DNA of 64,000 bases from assembly GCA_963755915.1 (NCBI GenBank), contig CAVWLP010000003.1:1280001-1344000 (forward strand), given 5' to 3'. The position numbers and the translations under genes are program-made. The stretch comes from an uncultured Phycisphaerales bacterium (GTDB taxonomy: Bacteria > Planctomycetota > Phycisphaerae > Tepidisphaerales > Tepidisphaeraceae). Positions 31,222 through 42,596 of this stretch are shown piece after piece (within the stretch, counting starts at the first letter, position 1; the number at the start of each line of letters is the position of its first letter). Under the pieces are notes generated by a model, which made no database searches, was not told the DNA's origin, and saw only the letters and a list, made by a program, of their open reading frames with translations.

Positions 31222-31569
31222 CTATTGCGCCGTTGGTTGAAAATAAATTCGCAACTGGTCGCCGTTGTTCAGGCCCTTGTCGAAGACGACGCGGCCGTCG
31301 ACGGTAATCTGGTTGGCGACGGGATCGACGTTGACCGACTGATTTCCGGCAAGGCCGCCGGAATAAATGATGCGATCGCCGTTGACGTCATAAACCCAGA
31401 AGGTCCCGGTCTGGGTCGCCGAGTAGGTCAACTGCTGATTGCCTGAAGACATCACCGAAGCGCCGGGGGGAATGTTGGCCATTCGATCCGACTCGCAACC
31501 AGCGAGGAAGAACATGCCAACGGCCCATAAAAACGGAACTGCAATCGCTACCGAACGTGATTTAGCCAT
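31222..31569 (-). CDS. small lipoprotein
   Basis: hydrophobic signal ending FLAGC. Confidence 0.6.
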   Translation of the reverse strand: MAKSRSVAIAVPFLWAVGMFFLAGCESDRMANIPPGASVMSSGNQQLTYSATQTGTFWVYDVNGDRIIYSGGLAGNQSVNVDPVANQITVDGRVVFDKGLNNGDQLRIYFQPTAQ

Positions 31570-31966
31570 AAAGGCCTCCAATAAAAGTTCTGAAGAGATG
31601 GCGAGGCAATCCAAATGCCAGAGCCCTATGAGGCCGGTTTAGGGAAGTTCGGGAGATGCGGCGCGTGTCTTTTTGTCGGCTTTGGGCGGAAATGTCGGTA
31701 CAGGTGTAAAAACGTCGGATGAATTTAGCTAATTGAATCCGTTCAAAACGCGCGAACCGCCTTTTCGGATCAAGCAATTATTTGATACTCGCTCGCGCAA
31801 TTCTTGCACTAACACCCTCCCATATGTCTTTTTTGGTTAAAAAATTGCACGAAGATGAAAATAGAATTAAATTGATAACTGGCCTATCTGGCAATTTAGT
31901 CCGATGTACTTATGTGCAACATTGGGCGCAAAACATCCAGTCGTGGGAACCCATTTGGGGCGGGTT

Positions 31967-32790
31967 ATGACATTCAGCAGCGTTTCGCGTGACGTCAAAT
32001 GTCCGGGGGCGGGGGGAATCTCCATCGTCTTCCCGGTCTTCAACGAATCATTCATTATCGAGCAGGTGGTCCGCAACTATTACGCGGAATTCCACGGGCG
32101 CGTGCAGGATTTCGAATTGATCGTCGCCGAAGACGGGAGCACCGACGACACCAAGGGGGTGCTCGAACGCCTGCGGGAAGAGCTGCCGATCCGGGTCTTC
32201 CTCGGCGAAAAACGCAAGGGATATCAGCAGGCGGTTATCGACGCCATTGGGCTGGCGACCAAGCCGTGGGTGTTCGTGGTTGATTCCGATTACCAGTTTG
32301 CGGTGATCGACTTCTGGCGGCTGGAAAATATCGGGATTCACATGACGTGATCCTGGGGAAGAAATCGCCGCGAAAAGATCCGTTTTACCGCGTGCTTCTC
32401 TCCAAGGGATACAACTCTCTACTGCGGCTTTTCTTCGGCGTTCCCTACCGGGACATGGATACGGGCTTCCGGCTGATTCGCAAATCGGTGGCCGACGAAC
32501 TTGCTCCGCGGGTAAGATTCATGTCGTTCTTCACGGCCGAGTTTGTGGTTCGGGCCGACTACGCGGGGCGGCGGATCATCGAAGTGCCGGTGCCGCATTA
32601 TTCGCGCAAGATCGGCAGCACGACGATCTTCTTTGTTTCCAAGCTTTTTTTAATATGCTTTAAACAGTTCGCCGGCATCCTGAAGATGAAGGCGGAATTC
32701 AAACGGATGAAGATGCGCCGGCCGGCTCGAACGGAAGCGGTGCCACAGGCTCCCAATCCCCCGCTGCTACGGCCCGGCCGAGCAGCATGA
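31967..32790 (+). CDS. GT2 glycosyltransferase (DPM-synthase-like; frameshift ~32330)
   Basis: SIVFPVFNE, AEDGSTD, VDSDYQF, DMDTGFRL. Confidence 0.85.
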
Positions 32791-34001
32791 ACAGTCAGCT
32801 CATGGACTCGAGCCCGCTCGAATTCAGCGAGAATCAAAAGTGCACCTGGCTGGCCGCGCGCCTCGGCGGCTTGGCGCAGCGCATCGGCGAAACACCGACG
32901 GCAATCCTCGTCGCCCTCTGCTCATTTCTGTTCAGTCTGTTCATGATCTTTCCGGTGGAGCCGGCATATCTGCTCTGCGGCGGGCGCATGGACCATAAGA
33001 CCTACGGCGACCTGACCTACACCAGCCGATTCTATTTCAGCTATCTGCCCATTTCCGAAGATTTGGGGGTGAGGACGCAGCAGGAATATCTGTTTACCCG
33101 CCATCGAATTCTTGGGCCGGTCATCGCGCACTTCCTGCATCTGCGTGGGCGGATGAGCGTCGTGGTGCCGGTCGCTGCCAACTTCTTTCTGCTTTGGGCG
33201 GTCTATGCCGCGCTGCGAAAACGGCGGCTTCCGCACGATCTTTGCGCCATCGCGGCATTTACCCTGTCGCTGACGTTAATCGTCGCCACCAGCCAGGCCT
33301 GGGCCGGGTACCAGGATTCGCTCGGCTGCCTGGCGATCGCCTTCGCCCTCTGGACCGATTCGATTCCACTGGCGGCGGTGGCGTTTCTCGTCGGGATGTT
33401 CGCCGAAGAGCGGATTCTGATCGCCGGGCCCCTTTTCGTGATCTGGCATGCGCTCGATGATGGCAGCCCGCGATGGTTTGGCCGCGCGGTCGTGAGATCG
33501 ATCAGCCTGGTCGTCGTGCTGGGGCTGTGGCTCGGCTATTACTTCGCGCTTCATCGTCATCTGAACATCACGACCAAAGACGTGACGTCGGTGGCGTTTG
33601 AAGATTTCCGGCAATATAAGTCTTACCTCTGGCCGGGATTTTATTACGGGCTTCGCGCCGCATGGCTCCTGCCGGCAATGCTGATCGGCCGCTGGCTGCG
33701 GCAGAGGGGCCGGCGAACGGCGGCGGTTTTGATGCTTCTCTCGATCCTGGTGGTCCTGGCGGTTTCGCTTCGCGTGGGGGACATCAGCCGGGTGTGCAGC
33801 CTGGCGTTTCCGGCGGTTCTGCTGGGGGCGGTCTATCTATATCGCGGCCACGCCGCTTCGGCGCGCTATTACATGCTGGGCGCTTTGATGCTGAATCTGG
33901 TGAGCCCCTGCCTGTCGATCACGCAATATCACGTGAGGTTTTTCTATCCCCTGCCGGTCGCGGTGCCGCAGTTGATCCACGAGCTGCACCATCCGGATTG
34001 A
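32787..34001 (+). CDS. multi-TM membrane protein (possible GT-C partner)
   Basis: about 10 hydrophobic segments; overlaps the GT2 stop. Confidence 0.6.
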   Translation: MNSQLMDSSPLEFSENQKCTWLAARLGGLAQRIGETPTAILVALCSFLFSLFMIFPVEPAYLLCGGRMDHKTYGDLTYTSRFYFSYLPISEDLGVRTQQEYLFTRHRILGPVIAHFLHLRGRMSVVVPVAANFFLLWAVYAALRKRRLPHDLCAIAAFTLSLTLIVATSQAWAGYQDSLGCLAIAFALWTDSIPLAAVAFLVGMFAEERILIAGPLFVIWHALDDGSPRWFGRAVVRSISLVVVLGLWLGYYFALHRHLNITTKDVTSVAFEDFRQYKSYLWPGFYYGLRAAWLLPAMLIGRWLRQRGRRTAAVLMLLSILVVLAVSLRVGDISRVCSLAFPAVLLGAVYLYRGHAASARYYMLGALMLNLVSPCLSITQYHVRFFYPLPVAVPQLIHELHHPD

Positions 34002-34008
34002 CGGCGAA

Positions 34009-34836
34009 CTACTCAGGCTCGCTGGAGCGTCCGAATCCCATTCTTGAAAGGCCCGCTCCGCGGACGCTGCCGAGGACGCCGCGCTTGGTGCTGCGGACGA
34101 AATCGATGATTTCCTGAATCTCCGGCAGCAGCGGGACCTCGGCCTGGATCTGGGCGATCGCTCCAGGCCAGGTGCGGTTGCGATGGATGATGTGGTAGGC
34201 CGATCGAATGGCGTGAAGGGTCGCCTGCGGCAGGCCCGCGCGTTTGCAGCCGATGGCATTGTAGCCTTTGAGCCCGCCATAGCGGCCGGCCGCAAAGGGG
34301 GGGACATCGTGGGTGATTGCTTCGACGCCGGAGATGATGGCGATTCTTCCCACCCGCGCGAACTGATGAATCGCTGACCCACCGCCGATGAAAACCCGGT
34401 CCCCGATGATGGTGTGGCCCCCGAGCATCGCGTGCTGGGCGAGCATCACGTCATCGCCAACGACGGCGTCGTGGCCAATATGAGCGCCACCCATCAGGTA
34501 GGTGCGATTTCCCACGCGCGTCTCGCGGCCGGGCTCGGTGGATATGGAGCGGTGAATGGTAGCAGTCTCGCGAACGACGACATTGTCTCCGACGATAAGC
34601 CCCGTCCCCTTTCCATCGAATTTGGTATGCTGCGGCGGAGTTCCTACATAAGCACCGGGCCCGATACGGCAATTGCGCCCGATGATGGTGTTGCCGTGGA
34701 TATGGCTGCTCTCCAGCACCTGGGTTCCGGCGGCGATCTTGACGCCTTCCTTGATGATGCTGTAGGCGCCGACGGTTACATCGTCCGCCAATTCAGCCCG
34801 GCGATCGACGATTGCGGTTGGATGGATTTGGGCCAT
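34009..34836 (-). CDS. lpxA: UDP-N-acetylglucosamine O-acyltransferase
   Basis: IHPTAIVD, hexapeptide repeats, VVRETATIHR, AHIGHD, AIHQF, NAIGCKRAG. Confidence 0.82.
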   Translation of the reverse strand: MAQIHPTAIVDRRAELADDVTVGAYSIIKEGVKIAAGTQVLESSHIHGNTIIGRNCRIGPGAYVGTPPQHTKFDGKGTGLIVGDNVVVRETATIHRSISTEPGRETRVGNRTYLMGGAHIGHDAVVGDDVMLAQHAMLGGHTIIGDRVFIGGGSAIHQFARVGRIAIISGVEAITHDVPPFAAGRYGGLKGYNAIGCKRAGLPQATLHAIRSAYHIIHRNRTWPGAIAQIQAEVPLLPEIQEIIDFVRSTKRGVLGSVRGAGLSRMGFGRSSEPE

Positions 34837-34925
34837 AGAAAAGCGAGCGTGAAAGCCGGGAATTTCCGGGCGGCCATTTTATGCGCCGGGGTGGGGTTTC
34901 ACAAATGCGAAATGGATGCGATCCG

Positions 34926-35126
34926 TTAATTCGCGTCAGGATCGCCGGAAGGCGGCGGATTTTCGCGAACATCTTCGTCGGGTTTGATGGGAATCTGGTA
35001 TTTTCCATCGATCCAGCGGCCAAGGTCGATCAGCTTGCACCGCGAGCTGCAGAAGGGGAAAAATTGATTGGGGGCCACCGGATCGTCAAATTCTTTTACC
35101 GGTTTTTTGCAGATCGGGCAGAGCAT
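34926..35126 (-). CDS. yacG: DNA gyrase inhibitor YacG
   Basis: CPICKK...PFCSSRCKLIDLGRW. Confidence 0.9.
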   Translation of the reverse strand: MLCPICKKPVKEFDDPVAPNQFFPFCSSRCKLIDLGRWIDGKYQIPIKPDEDVRENPPPSGDPDAN

Positions 35127-35177
35127 GATGATGAACGCCCCAATGAAACTATTCCTGTGAGACCATTCCCGCCGCGA

Positions 35178-35561
35178 CTATTTGCCCTTCGTGGCCTTTG
35201 CCGGCGCGGGCTTCGATTCGGTGGGCGATTTGGCGGGAGTAGGTTTGGATTCGGCGGCCGGCTTTGAAGTTGATTCGCTTTTGCCGCTGCCGGCGGCAGT
35301 CGAACCGGATGATTCCTTCGAATCCTTTGCCGCGGGGGCGGGGGCGGAATCGGCCTTGGCGGCGGTTTTGTAGGCCTCGCTGCGGTAATCGGTTTCGTAG
35401 AATCCGCCGCCCTTGAAGATCAAACCCGCTCCGGTGCCGATCAATCGCTTCACGCGTTTTTTGCCGCAGGCGGGGCACTTGCGGATTGCCGGCGCGGTGA
35501 TCGACTGGAATTTCTCAAATTCTTTCCCGCACGCTTCGCATTTGTATTCGTAGGTCGGCAT
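35178..35561 (-). CDS. FmdB-family zinc-ribbon protein
   Basis: MPTYEYKCEACG...CPACG...IFKGGGFYETDY. Confidence 0.9.
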   Translation of the reverse strand: MPTYEYKCEACGKEFEKFQSITAPAIRKCPACGKKRVKRLIGTGAGLIFKGGGFYETDYRSEAYKTAAKADSAPAPAAKDSKESSGSTAAGSGKSESTSKPAAESKPTPAKSPTESKPAPAKATKGK

Positions 35562-35566
35562 AAAGA

Positions 35567-36105
35567 TCAGGCCGGTCCCCCGGAGTCCTTCGATTTGGCG
35601 ACGGCAACCTGCGCGGGCGCAGCGTGCGGCCGTACAACGTATATCCGCGCTGGAGCAACTGGGTGACCGAATTCGGATCGACCTCGTCACTGGGCTGATG
35701 AATGATCGCTTCCATCGTATTGGGATCGAATGGCGTCCCGGGCTCGGGCGCGATCGCCTCAACAGACTGATTCTTCAGCACGGTCATCCACTGGTCGTGA
35801 ACGATCTGCATTCCCTTGAGAAGGGTAGCGGCGTCGGTTGCGGATTTGCCAGTGGCCAGGGCACGCTCGAAATTGTCGATCACCGGCAGAAGGCTCTTGA
35901 TGAGCGAGCTGTTGGCGAAGGAAACCGCCTGGTCCTTGTCGGCCTCGAGGCGGCGGCGGGCGTTCTGAAACTCCGCGGTCGTGCGGGCCAGGCGATCGAA
36001 GAGGCTCGCTCGTTCCTGCAAGAGGGCGTCGCGCTCCTGGCGCAGGGAATCGAGGTTTTCACCTTCGGAAGAATCGGCGTCGGGTTCGGTGGGTGTGGGT
36101 CTCAT
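35567..36105 (-). CDS. grpE: nucleotide exchange factor GrpE (frameshift near 3' end)
   Basis: AEFQNARRR, LLPVIDNFERAL, FDPN..EAI, QRGY..YGRTLRP. Confidence 0.9.
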
Positions 36106-36111
36106 GATTGA

Positions 36112-37263
36112 TTAATCCTTGGTCTCATCTCTCTTGATCAGGTCCTTCAACTTCTCGAAAAATCCCTTTCGCTGCTGCTGGATTCGGGCGTCCTCGCTGG
36201 TAGCGAATTCGCGAAGCAGCCGCTTCTGGTGATCGTTCAGTTTCTTCGGCACCTCGATGACGATCTGCACCAGCTCGTCGCCGGTGCGGTACGACCGCAC
36301 ATCGGGAAGCCCGCGTCCCTTGAGCTTGAAAACCTCGCCATGCTGCGTGCCGGCGGGCACGTCGAGGTTTTCGATTCCCTTCAGCGTCGGCACTTCGATT
36401 TTGGCGCCCAGGGCGGCCTCCGAAAACGAAATCGGCACCTGGCAGACCAGATCGTTGTTGTGCCGCGAAAAAACCGGATGCTCCCTAACGGCAATATATA
36501 CGTGCAGATCGCCAGGGGCAGCGCCGTTTTCGCCGGCTTCTCCTTCGCCGCTGACGCGGACGGCCTGACCATCGTGGACGCCGGCGGGAATCTTGACGAT
36601 CACCGTTCGCTTGCGAAGCTGGCGGCCGGTGCCGCCGCAACTGGGGCAGTGCTCGCGAAGGACGGTTCCGCGTCCCCGGCAGTTGGGGCAGGTCACGACC
36701 ATGCGGAACATTCCACCGAATCCCTGCTGCGCCACGCGTCCCTGCCCGCCGCACTGGAGGCAGACGACCGGCGCCGTGCCGGGCTTGGCGCCCGAGCCGC
36801 TGCATTGCTCGCAGCGGTCCTGGCGTTCGAAGTCGATGGTTTTCTCCGCTCCGGTGGCGACTTCCTGAAGGCTCAGTTCTATTCGCGTTTCCAGGTCGAA
36901 TCCGCGCGCCGCGTGTGCGGCCCGACCGCGGACGCCGCCGCCCCCGCCGCCGCCAAACGCCCCGCCGAAGATGTCGTCGAACATCGAGAAGATGTCGGTG
37001 ACATTCATATGGGAGAAATCGTGCTGCCCGCTGACGCCCTGGTGGCCGAACTGGTCGTAGCGCTTGCGTTTGTCGGCGTCAGAAAGAATCTCATAGGCCT
37101 CGGAGCATTCCTTGAAGTGCGCCTCGGCCTCCACCTTGTCGCCATTGGCGCGATCGGGGTGATATTTCATCGCCAGGCGGCGGTAGGCGCGCTTGATCTC
37201 CTCGCCGTCGGCGGTGCGCTGGACTCCAAGGATTTCGTAATAGTCTCGCTTGGCTGTGGGCAT
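36112..37263 (-). CDS. dnaJ: chaperone DnaJ
   Basis: DYYEILGV, HPD, G/F region, 4x CxxCxGxG. Confidence 0.96.
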   Translation of the reverse strand: MPTAKRDYYEILGVQRTADGEEIKRAYRRLAMKYHPDRANGDKVEAEAHFKECSEAYEILSDADKRKRYDQFGHQGVSGQHDFSHMNVTDIFSMFDDIFGGAFGGGGGGGVRGRAAHAARGFDLETRIELSLQEVATGAEKTIDFERQDRCEQCSGSGAKPGTAPVVCLQCGGQGRVAQQGFGGMFRMVVTCPNCRGRGTVLREHCPSCGGTGRQLRKRTVIVKIPAGVHDGQAVRVSGEGEAGENGAAPGDLHVYIAVREHPVFSRHNNDLVCQVPISFSEAALGAKIEVPTLKGIENLDVPAGTQHGEVFKLKGRGLPDVRSYRTGDELVQIVIEVPKKLNDHQKRLLREFATSEDARIQQQRKGFFEKLKDLIKRDETKD

Positions 37264-37266
37264 GAC

Positions 37267-37686
37267 TTATTTTTTTGACCTGAGGAGCCTCGCAGACGAA
37301 GACTTTCGCCTGCGGCGAGCGGTGCGCTCGCGTTTGAGATATTCCGCGAGTTCGGGTGGAAGCGGAAGCGTGGGAATGGGTTCTTGCATCCCACGGGACC
37401 GATATCCAAGCCAACGACGCAGGGATTTCGCGCATTCGCCCGATCGTTTTCCCTGAATCAGTCCATCGTAACTAAGATCGGCGTTCAGACGGGGCCAGAA
37501 TATCCCATCGTCCCAGATTTCAAAACTGGCTCGTTCGGCCGGCGTTCCATGGAGCAGGCGCGGATACCAGCTTGTGGGAATCGAAATTGTGCGTTGATCC
37601 TTGAATTCAACCGTGATGCGCGCATCGGTGACGAAAACGCGTTTGGCGCGAATGATATCGGCGTTGTTATTTGTTGAAAAACTCAT
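37267..37686 (-). CDS. DUF2442-like protein (putative TA partner)
   Basis: IPTSWYPRLLHGTPAER...GIFWPRLNADLS. Confidence 0.78.
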   Translation of the reverse strand: MSFSTNNNADIIRAKRVFVTDARITVEFKDQRTISIPTSWYPRLLHGTPAERASFEIWDDGIFWPRLNADLSYDGLIQGKRSGECAKSLRRWLGYRSRGMQEPIPTLPLPPELAEYLKRERTARRRRKSSSARLLRSKK

Positions 37687-37906
37687 TCCAGCTCTCGAGG
37701 AAAAACGCTCGTTGCTGTACAGCAAGCTTTTCCAGCAGGTTCAACTCATGCTTCGCGAATCCACGACTCGAATCCAAACGAACATTCGGCGTCAGCCAGA
37801 ATTTGGCTCGTCGCTTTTCACGCCGCACGTGAATATGCGGTGGTTCGCCACGATCGCTGGCGAAGAACCCGAATCGATACGGCCCGAACCGAAATACAAT
37901 CGGCAT
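37667..37906 (-). CDS. DUF4160-like protein (putative TA partner)
   Basis: MPIVFRFGPYRFGFFASD..EPPHIHV..AKFWL..WNEFF. Confidence 0.82.
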   Translation of the reverse strand: MPIVFRFGPYRFGFFASDRGEPPHIHVRREKRRAKFWLTPNVRLDSSRGFAKHELNLLEKLAVQQRAFFLESWNEFFNK

Positions 37907-38024
37907 TCAAAGGCTTTCCACAACTCGCAATCGTCGGAAACCGGCTGCCAGCGGCCGATAATCTGAGCCGCCATCGATTTCATTCTAGTCAACCATCTCC
38001 GGCAATTCATCCTGCTCTATGCGA

Positions 38025-38058
38025 CGGCAGCCCAGGGACTCAAGTCCCTGGGCTGCCG
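38025..38058. repeat. perfect 16-bp-stem palindrome (REP-like/terminator)
   Basis: cggcagcccagggact-ca-agtccctgggctgccg just downstream of groEL. Confidence 0.65.
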
Positions 38059-38082
38059 CGAGCTTCTTCGGAAGAATCTGTC

Positions 38083-39721
38083 TCACACCACGGCTCCGGC
38101 CACGGGCGTCGCCTCTTCGCCCTTCTTCTCCTTGAGTTCGGTGATAAGAACTTCGGTCGTCAGCGCCAGGCCACTGACGCTGGCCGCGTTCAGCAGCGCG
38201 GTGCGGGCGACCTTGGTCGGATCGATGATCCCCGACCTTGAGCATATCGACGTATTCTGCCGTTGGCGGCGTCGTAGCCCCAGGCGGGATTCTTATTCTT
38301 GAGGATCTCATCGACGACGACTTCGCCGTCCTCGCCGGCGTTGTCGGCGATCTGCTGCGTCGGCCAGCGAAGGGCTTCGGCGACGATCTCAAAGCCGATC
38401 TTTTCATCGCCCCTGGCTTTCGTCTTGGCGTTTTCGACGGCCTCGATGGCGCGGAGGAATGCCACGCCCCCGCCGGGGACGATCCCTTCCTCGCGCGGCG
38501 GCCCGCGTGGCATGAAGGGCGTCGTCGATCAGGTCCTTGCGTTCTTTCATCTCGGTTTCGGTCGCGGCACCGGCCTTGATGACGGCCACGCCGCCGGTCA
38601 GCTTGGCCAGCCGCTCCTGGAGTTTTTCGCGATCGTAATCGCTGGTGGTCGTTTCGATCTGTTTGCGGATCTGCTCCGACCGGGCTTCGATCTCTTTCTT
38701 CTTGCCGGCGCCTTCGACGATCAGGGTGTTGTCCTTATCGACGACGATGCGCTTGGCGGAGCCGAGTTCGGTCAAGCTCGACGTTTTCGAGCTTCAGGCC
38801 GAGGTCTTCGCTGATGAATTTCCCGCCGGTGACGACGGCAAGGTCGCCCATCATGGCCTTGCGGCGATCGCCGAAGCCGGGGGCCTTGACGGCGCAGATA
38901 TTGCAGAACGCCGCGCAGCTTGTTGACGACCAGCGCGGCCAGGGCCTCGGCCTCGACATCCTCGGCAATGATCAGCAGCGGACGGCCGACGGCGACGATC
39001 TTGTTCAGCAGCGGCAGCAGCTCCGCCAGATTGGCGATCTTCTTCTCGTGCAGCAGGATGCAGCGCGTTCTCCAGCACCGCTTCCAGCGTCGTGCGGATT
39101 GGTCAGGAAATAGGGGGAGAGATATCCCTTGTCGAACTGCATCCCCTCGGTGTATTCGAGGACCGATTCGGTGCTCTTGCCTTCATCGACGGTGATGACG
39201 CCTTCCTTGCCGACCTTTTCCATGGCGTCGGCCATCAGGTCGCCGATCTTCTCGTCGCCGTTGGCGCTGATGGTGGCGACGCGCTTGTAATCCTCGCGGC
39301 CTTTGACCTTCTTGGATTGCTGCGGTGATCGCCTCGGCGGCGACCTCGGCGGCCTTGATGATGCCGCGCTGAATCGTCACCGGGATTGACGCCGGTTGTG
39401 ACCGATCGCAGGCCGTACGAATAAATCGCTTCGGCCAGCACCGTGGCGGTGGTGGTGCCGTCGCCGGCGACGTCGCCCGTCTTGCTGGCGACCATATTCA
39501 CCAGCTTGGCGCCCATGTTTTCAAACGGCTGGGGAAGCTCGATCTCCTTGGAGACGGTGACGCCGTCCTTGGTGATGCGCGGGCTGCCGAACGACTTCTG
39601 CGATGACGACATTGCGCCCGCGCGGGCCCAGCGTCGCTTTGACGGCGCGGGAGAGCTGCGAGAGGCCGTTGGCGATCTCCGTGCGGGCGTCGGTTTCGAA
39701 TTTCATTTGCTTGGCTGCCAT
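38083..39721 (-). CDS. groL: chaperonin GroEL copy 2 (many apparent frameshifts)
   Basis: [63 protein letters not shown] spread over several frames. Confidence 0.9.
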
Positions 39722-39769
39722 AGTTGAAATAACCTCATTCGGTTGAATTGATTTCGGTTTTCGAGACGA

Positions 39770-40057
39770 TTACTCGAGCACGCCGAGGATGTCGGACTCG
39801 CGCAGGATGACGAACTTTTCGCCATCGACTTCGATGTCGGTTCCGCTGTATTTGCCGTAGAAGACGGTGTCGCCGGTGCGGACGGCCAGCTCCATGTGCT
39901 TGCCCTTTTCATCCAGCTTGCCGGGACCGACGGAAATGACCTTGCCCTTGGTCGGCTTTTCCTTGGCCGAGTCAGGCAAAACGATTCCGCTGGCGGTTTT
40001 GGTTTCCGCTTCCGATTGTTTCACGATCACGCGATCCTGCAGGGGTCGAAGTTTCAT
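39770..40057 (-). CDS. groS: co-chaperonin GroES
   Basis: MKLRPLQDRV, SGIVLPDSAKEKP, ESDILGV. Confidence 0.96.
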   Translation of the reverse strand: MKLRPLQDRVIVKQSEAETKTASGIVLPDSAKEKPTKGKVISVGPGKLDEKGKHMELAVRTGDTVFYGKYSGTDIEVDGEKFVILRESDILGVLE

Positions 40058-40080
40058 AGGGGTTCCTTGTAAATTAAATA

Positions 40081-40359
40081 TCAGGCCGATTTCTTCCGTC
40101 TTTTGGCCCCGCCCAGGCTCCGAATGATGCCGCGGAGGACCGTATTTACCGATTCCGAATCATTGAACCAGCGAGCCACATCTGAATCGAGAGTGACCGT
40201 CGTCGGTCGCTTGGCCGCATATCGCTCCAACGCATCAACTCCGAATCCGATGAATTTCAATTTCTTGAAATTCACTTCGCGCGGCAGCTCATAGCTATCG
40301 TGCGGCGAGTGTGACTTAGATGTTTTCGCGTTTCGCTTCGACATATCGGTCTTGTTCAT
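40081..40359 (-). CDS. BrnA-like antitoxin
   Basis: VTLDSDVARWF..SESVNTVLR; downstream of and overlapping BrnT. Confidence 0.65.
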   Translation of the reverse strand: MNKTDMSKRNAKTSKSHSPHDSYELPREVNFKKLKFIGFGVDALERYAAKRPTTVTLDSDVARWFNDSESVNTVLRGIIRSLGGAKRRKKSA

Positions 40360-40600
40360 TTTCGCTGGCCCTGCGGGCGCTGACGATCCTGTAAATTCCT
40401 GCCTCCCTGCGTGTAAACGCCACGGTCAAAAGACGACTCTTTGCTGAGAATCCGATCGCCAAATATCTTGGCTCTTTCTCGGAATGGCCGGTATCCTCAA
40501 ATATGGCCGGCGATACAAATACCTCCGCCGCTTCTTCGAATGAGACGCCATGCTTGCGTCTGTTCGTGGCCGCCTTGGCGTCATCCCATTCAAAGTTCAA
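40316..40600 (-). CDS. BrnT-family toxin
   Basis: [22 protein letters not shown]...RIVSARRAS. Confidence 0.9.
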   Translation of the reverse strand: MNFEWDDAKAATNRRKHGVSFEEAAEVFVSPAIFEDTGHSEKEPRYLAIGFSAKSRLLTVAFTRREAGIYRIVSARRASENEQDRYVEAKRENI

Positions 40601-40612
40601 AAGTCGCTCCTG

Positions 40613-42299
40613 TTACATCATGTCGTCCATCCCACCCATGCCTCCCATGCCACCCATGCCGCCCATGCCTTCGGGCGCCGTGGCCATGACCGGCGTGGTC
40701 GTCCTTGCCCTTCGGGGCTTCGACGATGATGCAATCCGTCGTCAGCAGAAGGATCGCGACTTCCGCCGCGTTCTGCAGGGCGGTGCGCTCGACTTTCGTC
40801 GGCGTGATGATGCCGGCCTTGACGACGTCCACGTATTCGCCGGTGAGGGCGTTGAAGCCTTCATTGTCTTTGCGATTCCATAACCCGGCGAACGACCACG
40901 CTCCCGCTGGTGCCGGCGTTGTCGGCGATCTGCCGAAGCGGCGCCGTCAGCGCCTGGCGAACGATCTTCACGCCCGCGGCTTCGTCGCCTTCGAGCTTGA
41001 GATTCCCGCCGCCATTGAGGGCCTTCATCGCCCGGATCATGGCGACGCCGCCGCCGGCGACAACGCCTTCTTCCACCGCGGCGCGGGTGGCATGCAGGGC
41101 ATCTTCGATGCGGGCTTTCTTTTCCTTCAGTTCGGCTTCGGTGGCGGCGCCGACGTTGATCTGCGCCACGCCACCGGCCAGCTTCGCCAGCCGTTCCTGC
41201 AATTTCTCGCGGTCGTAATCGCTGGTGGTGATTTCGATTTCGCGGCGAATCTGCTCGATGCGGCCCTGGATCGCCTTGCTCTCGCCGGCGCCTTCGATGA
41301 TCGTCGTGTTGTCGTTGTCGATGCGAACGCAGCTTGGCCTGGCCGAGCTGATCGATCTCGACCTTGTCCAGCTCGATGCCGAGGTCTTTCATGATCGCCT
41401 CGCCGCCGGTGAGGATGGCGATATCTTCGAGCATCGCCTTGCGGCGATCGCCGTAGCCCGGCGCTTTCACTGCCGCGACATTAAGAATGCCGCGAAGCTT
41501 GTTCACGACCAGCGTCGCCAGGGCTTCGCCTTCAATGTCTTCGGCAATGATCAGCAGCGGCCGCTTGGCCTTCTGGATTTTCTCCAGCAGCGGGATCAGC
41601 TTGGTGGCCGCGGAAATCTTGTCCTCGTAAACCAGGACAAATGCCTTTTCCAGCTCGACCGTCATCTCATCCGGATTGGTGATGAAATTGGGCGAAAGAT
41701 ACCCGCGGTCAAACTGCATTCCCTCGACAACGTCGACGTAGGTCTCGAGGCTCTTGCCTTCCTCGACGGTGATGACGCCATCCTTGCCGACGCGCTCGAA
41801 CGCATCGGCCATGATGTTGCCGATCTCGCGGTCGTTGTTGGCGGAGATGCGAGGCGACGTTGGCGATGTCGGCCTTGCCGTTGATCGGCTTGGATTGTTT
41901 CTTGAGCGATTTCGATGACGGCTGCAACCGCCTTGCGGATTCCGCGGGCCAGGGCCATCGCATCAGCGCCGGCGGCGAGATTGCGGTACCCTTCCTTGAA
42001 AATCGCTTCGGCCAGAACCGTAGCGGTGGTCGTGCCGTCGCCGGCAACATCGCTGGTCTTGCTGGCGGCTTCCTTCACCAGCTTGGCGCCGATGTTTTCG
42101 TATTTGTCCTTGAGCTCAACTTCCTCGGCGACGGTTACGCCGTCCTTGGTAATCGTCGGAGCCCCCCATCCCTTATCGATCACCGCGTTTCGCCCGCGGG
42201 GGCCCAGGGTCGCTTTCACGGCCCGGGACAATTTGATCACACCCTCCAAGAAGACTTTTCCGTGCTTCGGCATCAAACGACAAGCAGCTTCGCCGCCAT
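40613..42299 (-). CDS. groL: chaperonin GroEL copy 1 (several apparent frameshifts), GGM tail
   Basis: [40 protein letters not shown]-terminal [15 protein letters not shown]. Confidence 0.9.
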
Positions 42300-42596
42300 G
42301 TCAATTCTCCTTCAAAGTTCGCAAATTCGCTGTGATGACAAGCCGGGAATCCGCGCCTGCCGGTGATTACTGCTAACACAAACCGGGTGCCGCGAAACGG
42401 GCGCAGATGGAATGCGCAAGTGGCGGAGATAAAGAGGATTAGCGTCTTGCGAAGCGGGATTGACGGAATCGATTTCCTGTCAGCGTGGCAGAAAGGGGCT
42501 TTGGGGGATATCGGCGGTTGCCAAGATGGCAGATGCCGGGGGCGGCGGGTGCGCTCCCGGCATCTACTCAAAAGAGACTCGGATGCGTTTGAGCGC

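Noticed and set aside
38083-42299. groEL copies (and lysA, gnd, grpE, etc.) as pseudogenes or programmed frameshifts
   Set aside because: Single-base indels occur in many unrelated conserved genes whose motifs are otherwise intact, which is most consistent with sequencing/consensus error.
42350-42460. CIRCE element upstream of groEL
   Set aside because: Only a half-site-like ttagcagta (minus strand) is present, with no matching GAGTGCTAA arm at 9-bp spacing.
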